64,000 nucleotides of DNA from Candidatus Marinacidobacterales bacterium. GTDB lineage: Bacteria > Acidobacteriota > Vicinamibacteria > Marinacidobacterales > DATDRI01. A model generated the notes under the pieces. That model was not told where the DNA came from. It saw only the letters and a program-made list of their open reading frames with translations, and did not search any database. Both the position numbers and the translations under genes were made by a program. The stretch is taken from NCBI GenBank assembly GCA_965226495.1, contig OZ245365.1:3968001-4032000 (forward strand), written 5' to 3'. This document shows positions 29,811-38,076 of the stretch, piece by piece (position 1 is the stretch's first letter; every line of letters starts with the position of its first letter).

Positions 29811-29925
29811 CTTTGAGAAGGTTGTTCCGGCGGTGCTCGATGAGACGTGCAACCCGCCATCTTTAAACAGAGTTGGTGCTGCTGCCATAATAATTTCCTT
29901 TACCGTGCCCCCCGCGAATTTTCTC

Positions 29926-31164
29926 TTAGCGCCCGGAAAAACCCGGCAAAAAAGTTATGAAGTGGTGACGCCGGTAAGAACGCTGCCGCTCGATGTCGTG
30001 TTCGATCACAGCGCGAAGAACCGTTTCGTCTCTGCTAACACCAGAAACAACGGTGCCGGTTGAATCGTTGTACGCTGCGCCGTCGAAAGCATCGATCGAG
30101 AGATCGGTGCTCATGGCGTTAACAAACTCTGACTTCAGCCAAAAGAAAATATCCTGGCGAGCATCTTCGTTACCTGTGGTAGCGAACCGATTCGACTGCA
30201 CAACTGGATACCCCAGAAGCGTTCCGCGTTCGAACATCTCCTTACCGAAAATGTTAGTGGAATCTTCCGTTGCGCCGACGATGAGTGCCAAGTCAAGAAA
30301 AACCGCCGGACTCATGGCCCACGTATAATCCGACTGGCGAGCCGAGGTAGCGTTGCTACCGAGCACGTCGTTCACAAGTGCCTTTAAATCGGTGATCCGA
30401 TTCGCTTGGCTCGTGCCGGTTTGCGCTTGCGTGTTATCAGCGTGGACAAGATTAGCCAAGCCGCGAGGTTTGTTGGGCTCGCCGTTGCTGAAAAAAGCGG
30501 TTTCGTCGAGCTTCTTCGACATAACGCGGCTCAAGTCGTCCCTAACCCAGGCGTCAGCCGAGGGGTTAGAAAAACGCAAGAGGGAGTTTGATGTCGGAGT
30601 GATCGCAACCAACTTTTTAAAGCTGAAGTCGAGCGAACCCGACACGCCTTGAGAAGCGTTAGTGACAGTGCTTTCCGAGGTGTACGCCGCCGTTGCACCC
30701 GAGGTGCTCCGCGGAATCGACAGTTGCCCGCTGGGCATGTCCAACCGGCGCGAGTTCTGCAAGAACACGTTTTCCTCGGTGAGATAATGAATAAAATCCG
30801 TGGAGACCGGAGTCGGCACGAGGGATCCGCCCGCGCTGGGACTGCCGGCGGTTAGAGCTTTGATAACCCTATCGTCCGAATCCCAACCTGCACGTTTCGC
30901 CTCGAAGACGCCACGGTTAATGTCGCCCTTGCCGAGCCCGATCACCCGGGCATACCGAGCAAACTCGCATCCCCTTTCATACTTGCGATCGGCTTTATAC
31001 TCCGAATCCTTGCGAGCGCCTTCGAGGATTGGTCCGGTATAGTCCTCACCGTATTTTTCTTTGTACGGTGCGAGAAAATCATCGACCGGATTGCCGGCTT
31101 CAATTGCCGCTTTGAGAATGGTTGTCAGATCGTCCTCGGAAATAAAATCTTTTCGTTTTCCCAT
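29926..31164 (-). CDS. HK97-fold phage major capsid protein
   Basis: Delta-like N-terminus, AGGSLVPT, GEPNKPRGL, WAMSP, TLLGYPVVQSN, RDETVLRAVIEHD; small C-terminal frameshift (natural end likely ..SGSVLTGVTTS, stop at 29955). Confidence 0.92.
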   Translation of the reverse strand: MGKRKDFISEDDLTTILKAAIEAGNPVDDFLAPYKEKYGEDYTGPILEGARKDSEYKADRKYERGCEFARYARVIGLGKGDINRGVFEAKRAGWDSDDRVIKALTAGSPSAGGSLVPTPVSTDFIHYLTEENVFLQNSRRLDMPSGQLSIPRSTSGATAAYTSESTVTNASQGVSGSLDFSFKKLVAITPTSNSLLRFSNPSADAWVRDDLSRVMSKKLDETAFFSNGEPNKPRGLANLVHADNTQAQTGTSQANRITDLKALVNDVLGSNATSARQSDYTWAMSPAVFLDLALIVGATEDSTNIFGKEMFERGTLLGYPVVQSNRFATTGNEDARQDIFFWLKSEFVNAMSTDLSIDAFDGAAYNDSTGTVVSGVSRDETVLRAVIEHDIERQRSYRRHHFITFLPGFSGR

Positions 31165-31404
31165 TGTGGGGTATTCCTTTCAAATTAAAATTGCTGATAA
31201 AGTGTTTTTTGTTTTAGTGCTCGCGTCGCTTCGAGTATTAAACCGGGTAATTGCTTTCGCGTTCCGCCGGGGTTTCCGTCGAGGGGGTGAGGACTGGGGA
31301 GCGTTTCGAGCTACCCGAAAATCTCCGGCATTATCGCCGTTGTTACTTCGTCCGCTCTCAAATAAACAGAATCGCGGATTGCTTGGATCTGAAGTCGAAA
31401 CTTT

Positions 31405-32196
31405 TTATCTTTCGTCATGCGGCGTCCGAGTTCCTTGTTGTCTAGGATTCCGGTTTCGTAGAAGATTCCCACGAGGGCCGCCTCCCAATATTGCTTTCGG
31501 ACAAATCTTTTTACTTCGTGCGCTTTCAGGACAAATCTTTTTACTTCGGCTTTCTTTCGGGGAGCGCGGGTCCTCCGGATCGAAAGCCGCCGCGAGGGCT
31601 GCCGGGACTGCCGGCACTCCAACAAGGGAAATCTCGTGTATTGAAACCTTCTCGAAATCGATCCCCCCTTCGTCGTTTGGTGTCGCCTCTCCAACGGATG
31701 TGAAGCCGATCGAAAGGGCTCGCACCGCACTTTTCGGGGAGCGCGGGTCCTCCGGATCGAAAGCCGCCGCGAGGGCTGCCGGGACTGCCGGCACTCCAAC
31801 AAGGGAAATCTCGTGTATTGAAACCTTCTCGAAATCGATCCCCCCTTCGTCGTTTGGTGTCGCCTCTCCAACGGATGTGAAGCCGATCGAAAGGGCTCGC
31901 ACCGCACCCGCTTGCAAAAGTTTTAGAGCCTCGTCCGCTTGCGACACGCCCTCGGTCAAAGTGAACCGGACGAGTAGCTCCCCGGTTTCTACGCGGAGAG
32001 AATCGATCTTGCCGATCGGCGCGGTCGGATCGTGACCCCATAGGAGCACCGGGTTGCGCTGTATCTCTTTTAGATCCCACCCGAGGACTCGATCACCCAC
32101 GCGATCGAGTTCGTGATTGCTGGCAACGGCTTCGAAACTGCCCGGTGTTATCTCTTTCGCCGGGGCGGCGGTTGCCATTTTGTTAAACTTTTCCAT
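31405..32196 (-). CDS. HK97-family prohead protease
   Basis: LDRVGDRV, NPVLLWGHD..PIGK, ALSIGF, EISLVGVPA; internal 59-aa duplication; real C-terminus may be in the frame ending at 31311. Confidence 0.9.
   Translation of the reverse strand: MEKFNKMATAAPAKEITPGSFEAVASNHELDRVGDRVLGWDLKEIQRNPVLLWGHDPTAPIGKIDSLRVETGELLVRFTLTEGVSQADEALKLLQAGAVRALSIGFTSVGEATPNDEGGIDFEKVSIHEISLVGVPAVPAALAAAFDPEDPRSPKSAVRALSIGFTSVGEATPNDEGGIDFEKVSIHEISLVGVPAVPAALAAAFDPEDPRSPKESRSKKICPESARSKKICPKAILGGGPRGNLLRNRNPRQQGTRTPHDER
31555..31907. repeat. 177-bp-period tandem duplication in the protease gene
   Basis: 31555-31730 matches 31732-31907; adjacent 30-bp-period duplication at 31493-31548. Confidence 0.9.
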
Positions 32197-32425
32197 TTTC
32201 TACATTCCTTTCGGGTGGGCTTTCGAGGGCATACAAATCTTCGAGATTGCACACTTCTATGATGTCCTTACAAATTAGTCTTAATAGTTCTTCTATAGCG
32301 ATCGTTCGCTCTTGTTTGGATAGTGTCGCAACCCAAGCGACGAATTTTTGACCGTCCGGTGTATCCAGAGCTTCTTCTATAACCGGGATGATGATTTCTT
32401 TCAGTTCTTGTTCTTGATTCGACAT
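32183..32425 (-). CDS. Hypothetical protein (element)
   Basis: 80-aa acidic helical ORF overlapping the protease start. Confidence 0.55.
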   Translation of the reverse strand: MSNQEQELKEIIIPVIEEALDTPDGQKFVAWVATLSKQERTIAIEELLRLICKDIIEVCNLEDLYALESPPERNVENGKV

Positions 32426-32511
32426 TTCAGATCACCGCCGCCCGCGCCGCGAGTTCTTTTTCTCTGGCTTCGATGTTATCGATGCGGGTTTCGAGATCCG
32501 CGAGACGCTCG

Positions 32512-32739
32512 TTAAAGATTGCTAATAGCTCCGCGGTTGCTTCGATCTGTTCTTTCAACGTCGCCCCCGTTGGTGATGCTTCCCGGTCCGGCGCTCACGG
32601 GACGGGCGGGTCTTACCCCCATCGGGGTATACGATCTCGTAACCTGGCGGAATCCCTCCGAGAACATCGACGCCGGCTTCGATTTGCCGCCCACGAGGGG
32701 CTGGGCGGGGCTCTGTGGCTGTTTCTCTTTCTTCTTCAA
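32512..32739 (-). CDS. Hypothetical protein (element)
   Basis: 75-aa ORF with GAGGTG RBS, co-oriented in the operon. Confidence 0.35.
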   Translation of the reverse strand: MKKKEKQPQSPAQPLVGGKSKPASMFSEGFRQVTRSYTPMGVRPARPVSAGPGSITNGGDVERTDRSNRGAISNL

Positions 32740-32745
32740 ATAAGA

Positions 32746-32970
32746 TCACCTCTTATCCCCCCATTTGTTCCCAGTGATCGCTACTTGGTGACATTCGTAA
32801 CAGACGCGGTAGGCTTTCCCCTCCGCGTCGGTAACGTCGTAATAGTTCCGGGCATCCCCGCATCGGAACATCGAGATCAGTTTGCGGTCCGGCGTGAAAC
32901 GCCCTTGGCTACACTTCCAGCAATCGAACCCCGCGGGGTGTTGACAGAGTTGTTCCGGGTCGAAAATCAA
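32746..32970 (-). CDS. Small Cys-rich (zinc-finger-like) protein
   Basis: CWKC..CYECH motifs; AAGGAG RBS. Confidence 0.55.
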   Translation of the reverse strand: MIFDPEQLCQHPAGFDCWKCSQGRFTPDRKLISMFRCGDARNYYDVTDAEGKAYRVCYECHQVAITGNKWGDKR

Positions 32971-33377
32971 ATTTTGCTCCTTTCCCTTGTTTTGCTTCTG
33001 TTTTTCTTCAGAACCGTTTCAGAACCCGAACGGTCGAGCATCTAACTTGTTGAATCGAAACCACATATAATTTTTGCCCGAGTTCTGTAGGGCAAATCGA
33101 AGGTAAAAGGGTGTATGGTGCCGGGCTCGCCAAGAGGGGCACCCCATCCGGGGTTTTTCGGCCCCTACCGCTGTTTATGCACCGATATCTAAGGTAATAC
33201 TTTAAATATATCTTATAAATCTACGTCACCAACGCCCAGCGGCCGGCGCGGCGGTGGGGCGGGGCGGGGGGCGGGACTTGGCGTCCGGACTTGGCTGGGT
33301 AGCTCTTACCCGCACCCACTTTCCCGCTTGGGGACTACCTCGCGGTGAGTCCGCGGGGTTAGCCCAGCCACCTACGC

Positions 33378-33610
33378 TGTCTACCCCTGGGGGCTATCTT
33401 GTAATGGGCTTGTCTACCGCGAGGGCTACCGTTTTTAGCGGTTGTCTACCTTGTCTACACTGTCACCGAGCACTTAGAGTAGTCTGATAATCATGTAGAT
33501 TTATAATTAGTCTCTACAACTCTTATCTATAGTAGACAGTGTAGACATCATAGACAGTCCTATAAATACTACCGATCCCTCGTAGACAGGGGGGCTACAA
33601 AGAGTAGACA
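33378..33610. other. Putative replication origin with oppositely oriented iterons
   Basis: 4x TGTCTAC then 4x GTAGACA around an AT-rich core, immediately downstream of the helicase. Confidence 0.7.
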
Positions 33611-33615
33611 GTGGT

Positions 33616-35160
33616 TCACTCGAACCGCCTCCACCCCGAAACCCGCTCCCCGCTGCCCGTTCGTATCTGTTTGACTCGGTGCCAACCGAGCCTGACCATA
33701 GCGTCTGAAATCCGCCTCGCGGCTTTCGGTTCCCGCTTCGAGATATCCGCGAGGCCAACGATCGTGTATAGCTCGTCGTTCGTAACTTTCCACCCCGGTT
33801 TATCAACCCGATGATTTCGGAACCCGTCCGTGAGCGCATACTGTTTCTCGGGTCGGCCGTCCCCATTCATAATCGCGGCGAGAATAGTTTCTTCCCAGGG
33901 GTCTACCTTGTGCCGTCGGTCTTGCTCGTCAGCCGATAGACCCCACAGTTTTTTGGGGAGCGCGATCGATTCCTCGCGTCGCGCATAAGCCTCCGCCCAC
34001 AGTTGATCTTTGTTCTTTTCTATCCAGTCGCGATCCATTTTCGTAACTCGAACGGGTGCCCATCTTCGGTTGCCGGTGGGGTCCGAGAGGTATGCCTCTT
34101 TGTTCGTGGTGCCCATGATCGTAAACATCCGAGGCCGGCGGGTAACTTCCCTGCCGTATGCTAACCGAGACGAGTCGACTTGACGCGAAAAGAAATTTTT
34201 AACGCGATCCGAGTCGCGATTGTTTCCGAATAGCTCCGCGCACTCCAACATGAGAACGCCAGCGGTTCTCTCGATGATAACTTTGCTGTCCGCTCCAAGG
34301 GGGAGATCATCCGAAAACCACGACGGCTTGGGGCAAAGTAACTTGAGCGCCGTTGACTTGAAACAACCCTGCGGGCCTTCGAGCACGACGAAGAGATCAA
34401 ACTTTTTTCCCGGCTCATAGACCCTTTGTACCGTCGCCATTAGTGGCAATCGCGAGTAAGCTTGATTTAGCTCAGTGTCGGAGGCCCCCCCGGCATCGAT
34501 CAACCAACGATCGATCCGTGATACCCCATCCCAGGTCGGCAACGCCTCGAACCACTCTTTGACAGGGTTAAACGTCTTATCCCTCGCGATCGAATCAACA
34601 AAGTCAAAAAAGTTTGATCGCTGCGGTAGGAACCCAAACTTATCGTCGACTGCAATGCGCAGCCCGGAGATCAAGCTATCGTCGAGAATCTTCGATCGCC
34701 CGTTTTGGTTTAGGATCTTTTCGGTTCGGAATTCATCATAGGAGAGTGAAACGCCCAACTTTTCGAGAGCCCTTCGGACGTTCTCTGGTTTGTTTGCTTC
34801 GATCTTGCCACTCGGACTTGTTATGAAACCTTTTATCGTGCCGCCGAAGAGTTCAAATAGTGCGATCGCGGTTTTCCGGTGTCCTCGTGTTGATTTTAGT
34901 TTCGAGAATCCTTCGATCGGTTCCCCTTCGGGGATCCTGTAAGTCGAGTCGAATTCCAAAACGCGATCCTTAACGTTAGGGTCGCCGGCGTCGTCTGCGG
35001 CAATCCGCATCGCGGCTTCCGCCATTTCGAAGGAGCATCCCAGTTCTCGAAGCGTCCCTGCGACCTTTAAAACCCATTCGTGACGCGAGCCGGGTTCCGG
35101 GTATGCAGACACAAGAATGGCTGCGATTTGGTTTTTATCTGGTTTTTTCTTCTCTTCCAT
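33616..35160 (-). CDS. VapE-domain (virulence-associated E) replication helicase/primase-like protein
   Basis: FNPVKEWF..WDGVSRID, Walker A GPQGCFKST, GTTNKEAYLSDPTGNRRW, DQLWAEA; RBS before ATG 35160 (track start 35226). Confidence 0.9.
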   Translation of the reverse strand: MEEKKKPDKNQIAAILVSAYPEPGSRHEWVLKVAGTLRELGCSFEMAEAAMRIAADDAGDPNVKDRVLEFDSTYRIPEGEPIEGFSKLKSTRGHRKTAIALFELFGGTIKGFITSPSGKIEANKPENVRRALEKLGVSLSYDEFRTEKILNQNGRSKILDDSLISGLRIAVDDKFGFLPQRSNFFDFVDSIARDKTFNPVKEWFEALPTWDGVSRIDRWLIDAGGASDTELNQAYSRLPLMATVQRVYEPGKKFDLFVVLEGPQGCFKSTALKLLCPKPSWFSDDLPLGADSKVIIERTAGVLMLECAELFGNNRDSDRVKNFFSRQVDSSRLAYGREVTRRPRMFTIMGTTNKEAYLSDPTGNRRWAPVRVTKMDRDWIEKNKDQLWAEAYARREESIALPKKLWGLSADEQDRRHKVDPWEETILAAIMNGDGRPEKQYALTDGFRNHRVDKPGWKVTNDELYTIVGLADISKREPKAARRISDAMVRLGWHRVKQIRTGSGERVSGWRRFE

Positions 35161-35329
35161 CAGTGTAGAACCTCTTTCGTTAAAAGTTAGTGCCGGAACG
35201 ACTTTCGGAAAAATCCGGGGGGGCATTGCAATGCCCCCACAGATCGAAAGAGGAACCGACGGATGTCACACGAGCGAAGAAAGGGATTTCTTGCCCTATA
35301 TACTAGTGATGTCTTTTGCCCAGAAGATT

Positions 35330-35596
35330 CTAGGCGGCGTTGGATTTTTTCTTCTGGTAGGCGCGGCGCTTCGAGGCTCTCATTTTCTCGGGGTTAGCTT
35401 GCCGCCACTCGCGGTTATGTTCCGGGTTAGCTTCCCGCCACGCGGCTTGGATAGCTTTCCGACGAGCTTTTTTTTTCGCTTCTTTTTCCCGCTCAGCCTT
35501 TTGTTCGGGGGTTTCGTTCGAGGCTCGCCCCTCCGCCTCACGAATGTTTGTATCCCACCAGGCATGGCGCTCCCCGAAGTGCCGCTGGCGGCTCAC
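35330..35596 (-). CDS. Small basic protein with WR(E/Q)ANPE repeats
   Basis: AAWREANPEHNREWRQANPEK; overlaps the alpA stop. Confidence 0.55.
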   Translation of the reverse strand: MSRQRHFGERHAWWDTNIREAEGRASNETPEQKAEREKEAKKKARRKAIQAAWREANPEHNREWRQANPEKMRASKRRAYQKKKSNAA

Positions 35597-35781
35597 GAAG
35601 CTACCGCCTGCGACGAAATCCAGGCGAGAATCTCAGATTCGAGCCAAGCTACGCGGGAAGTGCCGGCTATCTTTCGACGCTTCGGAGCGAGGCCCTTTTG
35701 TTCGAGAGTCCACCAGGTAGACCGGGAGACGGAGGTGAGGTATTTTCTCGCCGTCTCATCGATAAGCCGATCTTGTGGCAC
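35593..35781 (-). CDS. alpA: AlpA-family regulator / excisionase
   Basis: SVSRSTWWTLEQKGLAPKRRKI..RVAWLESEILAWI. Confidence 0.88.
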   Translation of the reverse strand: MPQDRLIDETARKYLTSVSRSTWWTLEQKGLAPKRRKIAGTSRVAWLESEILAWISSQAVAS

Positions 35782-36097
35782 TCTCCCCGCCTCCTTTCTT
35801 GGTGAATAGTTGGGCCGCGCATTTTCTTACCTTCTTTTTTATACTTTTAGCCGAGACCCGACGTCAAATTATTTATTCCAGATTTTTTGACAGGGTTCCC
35901 CGTTCGACTGTTGTTAAGATTGTTGTTTACGAGCGCGTCCGAGGCTGTCCGAGGCGGTTGGAGCGGCCGGCGGCCGCGACTGGCGGGGCTTTTCGCTGCA
36001 ATAGGTTAGGCGGATCAGTCGTAAACAATATAGAATGGAACCGGCCGGAAGCCAAAGAGGAGGCCGTCCTCCCGAATTTCCGTCCCGAGCACTGACC

Positions 36098-37030
36098 ATG
36101 AGGGATCTAATACCCGTTGGTGGGCCTACCGCGAGGTGGAGCCTTGCCCTGCTCGTCCTCGTCAGCACTGCTTGTTCCCTCAAGGCGAAAGCAGTCAACA
36201 CCCTATCCGAGGTGCTAGCCGAGTCAGAAGTGGTCTATCTCTCGGATGAGGATCCGGAGCTCGTCGCCGAGGCCCTGCCGTTCAATCTAAAGACGATTGA
36301 GACTCTTCTCCAGTCGAGCCCCGACCATCGAGGGCTGCTTCTTTCCGCAACCACCGGCTTCACTTTTTACGCCTACGGTTTCGTGGAGCCCGAGGCCGAT
36401 CGCGTCGAGGACGAGGACTTCAAGCGTGCGGAAGAGATCCGTCGTCGAGCCGCCAAACTCTACTGGCGCGCTTACCGTTACGGGATCCGTGGGTTAGAAG
36501 TGAACCACCCCGGCTTCGGGAACACCCTCTCGGTCGAGCCCGAAGAGACCGTCGCACCGCTCGAGGTGGACGATGTACCGCTGACGCTATGGACCGCCGC
36601 GGCACTCGGAGGCGTCATCGGGGTCTCCAAGGATGACCCAGAAGCCACAGCGGACATTGCAGTGGTCGGAGCGCTCCTCGAGCGATGCCTCGACCTGGAC
36701 CCGAGCTACGGTGAAGGGATTCTGTACGAATTGCTTGTGATTTATGAATCCCAGCGATTCGGGGGATCACCGGAGACGGCGCGCGAGTACTATCGCCGGG
36801 CGTTGGAGCTTTCCCATGAGACCCGTGCCTCCACGTGGTTGCTCTGGGCCGAGAACTTCTCGATCCCGGACCAGAATGTGGAGGAGTTCAAAGAGCTACT
36901 CGACAAAGTTGTCGCATTCGACGTCGACCAGTACCCCGAAGATCGACTCCTGAACATTCTCGCTCAGCGGCGCGCTCGATGGTTGATGGGACGCATCGAT
37001 GAGCTGTTTCTGGAAGGTGACACGCCGTGA
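36098..37030 (+). CDS. tatT: TRAP transporter TatT component (TPR lipoprotein)
   Basis: Lipobox STAC, DEDPELVAEALPFNLK, LNILAQRRARWL; precedes dctP. Confidence 0.85.
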   Translation: MRDLIPVGGPTARWSLALLVLVSTACSLKAKAVNTLSEVLAESEVVYLSDEDPELVAEALPFNLKTIETLLQSSPDHRGLLLSATTGFTFYAYGFVEPEADRVEDEDFKRAEEIRRRAAKLYWRAYRYGIRGLEVNHPGFGNTLSVEPEETVAPLEVDDVPLTLWTAAALGGVIGVSKDDPEATADIAVVGALLERCLDLDPSYGEGILYELLVIYESQRFGGSPETAREYYRRALELSHETRASTWLLWAENFSIPDQNVEEFKELLDKVVAFDVDQYPEDRLLNILAQRRARWLMGRIDELFLEGDTP

Positions 37031-38058
37031 CCAATCGATCGGTTTCGCGCCTGCTGTTCACGCTGCTGATCTTTCTCACCTTAGGCTTCCTATCGACCCT
37101 CGACGCGAAGGTCGTCATCCGCCTGGGAACCCTGGCGCCCAACGGCTCCGCCTGGCACAAGATCTTCAAACAAATGGGGGCCGATTGGCGGAACTCGACC
37201 GACGGGGAGCTCGTCCTTCGGATCTACGCCGGCGGCGTCGTAGGAGACGAAGGGGAAATGATTCGCAAGATGCGGATCGGCCAGCTCCAATGTGCCGCCA
37301 TCTCGAATTCTGGTGTCGCCGAAATCGATCCCGCCGCGTACGCCCTGATGCTTCCGATGATGTTCGATAGCTACGAGGAATGGGATTACGTGCGCCAAAA
37401 AGTGAATCCGGCCTTAGAGGCAAAACTCGAGGCAAAAGGATTCAAAGTGCTCGCCTGGTCCGATGTGGGTTGGGTCTACTTCTTTACAAAAGACCCCCTC
37501 CGGAGGCCCACCGACCTGCGAAAGATGAAGCTGGCCGCATCGGCAACCGAAGCCGCCACCGTCGAGATCATGAAGTGGGCCGGTTTCAATCCGGTACCGA
37601 TCTCCTCCGTGGATATGGCAAGCGGTCTGCAGACCGGTCTCATCAACGCGATCTATCTTCCCGTGATCTTGGCCGAAGGCTCGCAGTTCTACCGGCACGT
37701 TCGCAACATGACCGATATGAAGTGGGCTCCACTACAAGGAGCTCTCGTGATGCACGATCGCGGGTGGAAGAAACTGGATGCCGGTCAGCAAGCCACGATC
37801 ACCCGCATCGCGAGACAAGTGGGCACCGATCTTAGGAAAGACACGCGTCGCCAAGAACAATTATCTTTGGAAGCGATGAAGAAACGCGGGCTCGAGATGG
37901 TGTCGGTGAGCGATGAAGACGTCGCCGCTTGGCGACAAACAGTAGAGAAAGCCTATCCCAAAGTCCGCGAAAAGCTAGTCCCTCCGGAAATGTTCGATCG
38001 AGTCAAGAAGCTGCGCGATGAGTTCCGAGCGACGCAGGGGAAATCCAGCCAGCCCTAG
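37027..38058 (+). CDS. dctP: TRAP substrate-binding protein DctP (TatP type)
   Basis: LGTLAPNGSAW, YAGGVVGDEGEMIRKMRIGQL. Confidence 0.9.
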   Translation: MTNRSVSRLLFTLLIFLTLGFLSTLDAKVVIRLGTLAPNGSAWHKIFKQMGADWRNSTDGELVLRIYAGGVVGDEGEMIRKMRIGQLQCAAISNSGVAEIDPAAYALMLPMMFDSYEEWDYVRQKVNPALEAKLEAKGFKVLAWSDVGWVYFFTKDPLRRPTDLRKMKLAASATEAATVEIMKWAGFNPVPISSVDMASGLQTGLINAIYLPVILAEGSQFYRHVRNMTDMKWAPLQGALVMHDRGWKKLDAGQQATITRIARQVGTDLRKDTRRQEQLSLEAMKKRGLEMVSVSDEDVAAWRQTVEKAYPKVREKLVPPEMFDRVKKLRDEFRATQGKSSQP

Positions 38059-38076
38059 GATTCGAAACAACCCATT

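Larger units (their letters stand above)
28118..29888 (-). pseudogene. Phage major tail-tube-like gene interrupted by IS256
   Basis: N-terminus MAAAPTLFKDGGLHVSSSTAGTTFSK (29811-29888, AAGGAAA RBS); C-terminus 28118-28453 ..ETFFPGL..QDF..PTNPRYT..TPISGAHGVLLEQQVAF..LSRDVA. Confidence 0.6.
24867..36032. mobile_element. Integrated phage-satellite-like element (PICI-like) with capsid, protease and tail-tube genes
   Basis: Integrase and AlpA at opposite ends, VapE helicase, iteron origin, HK97 protease and MCP; AT-richer than flanks; ends inferred from a CAATATA direct repeat. Confidence 0.8.

Noticed and set aside
28515-29888. Novel N-terminally extended IS256 transposase (457 aa)
   Set aside because: The first 26 residues are better explained as the start of the interrupted gene; the transposase starts at 29765.
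29926-32196. Gene transfer agent or encapsulin locus
   Set aside because: It is linked to integrase, AlpA and a replication origin, lacks GTA terminase/portal genes, and has no encapsulin cargo enzyme.
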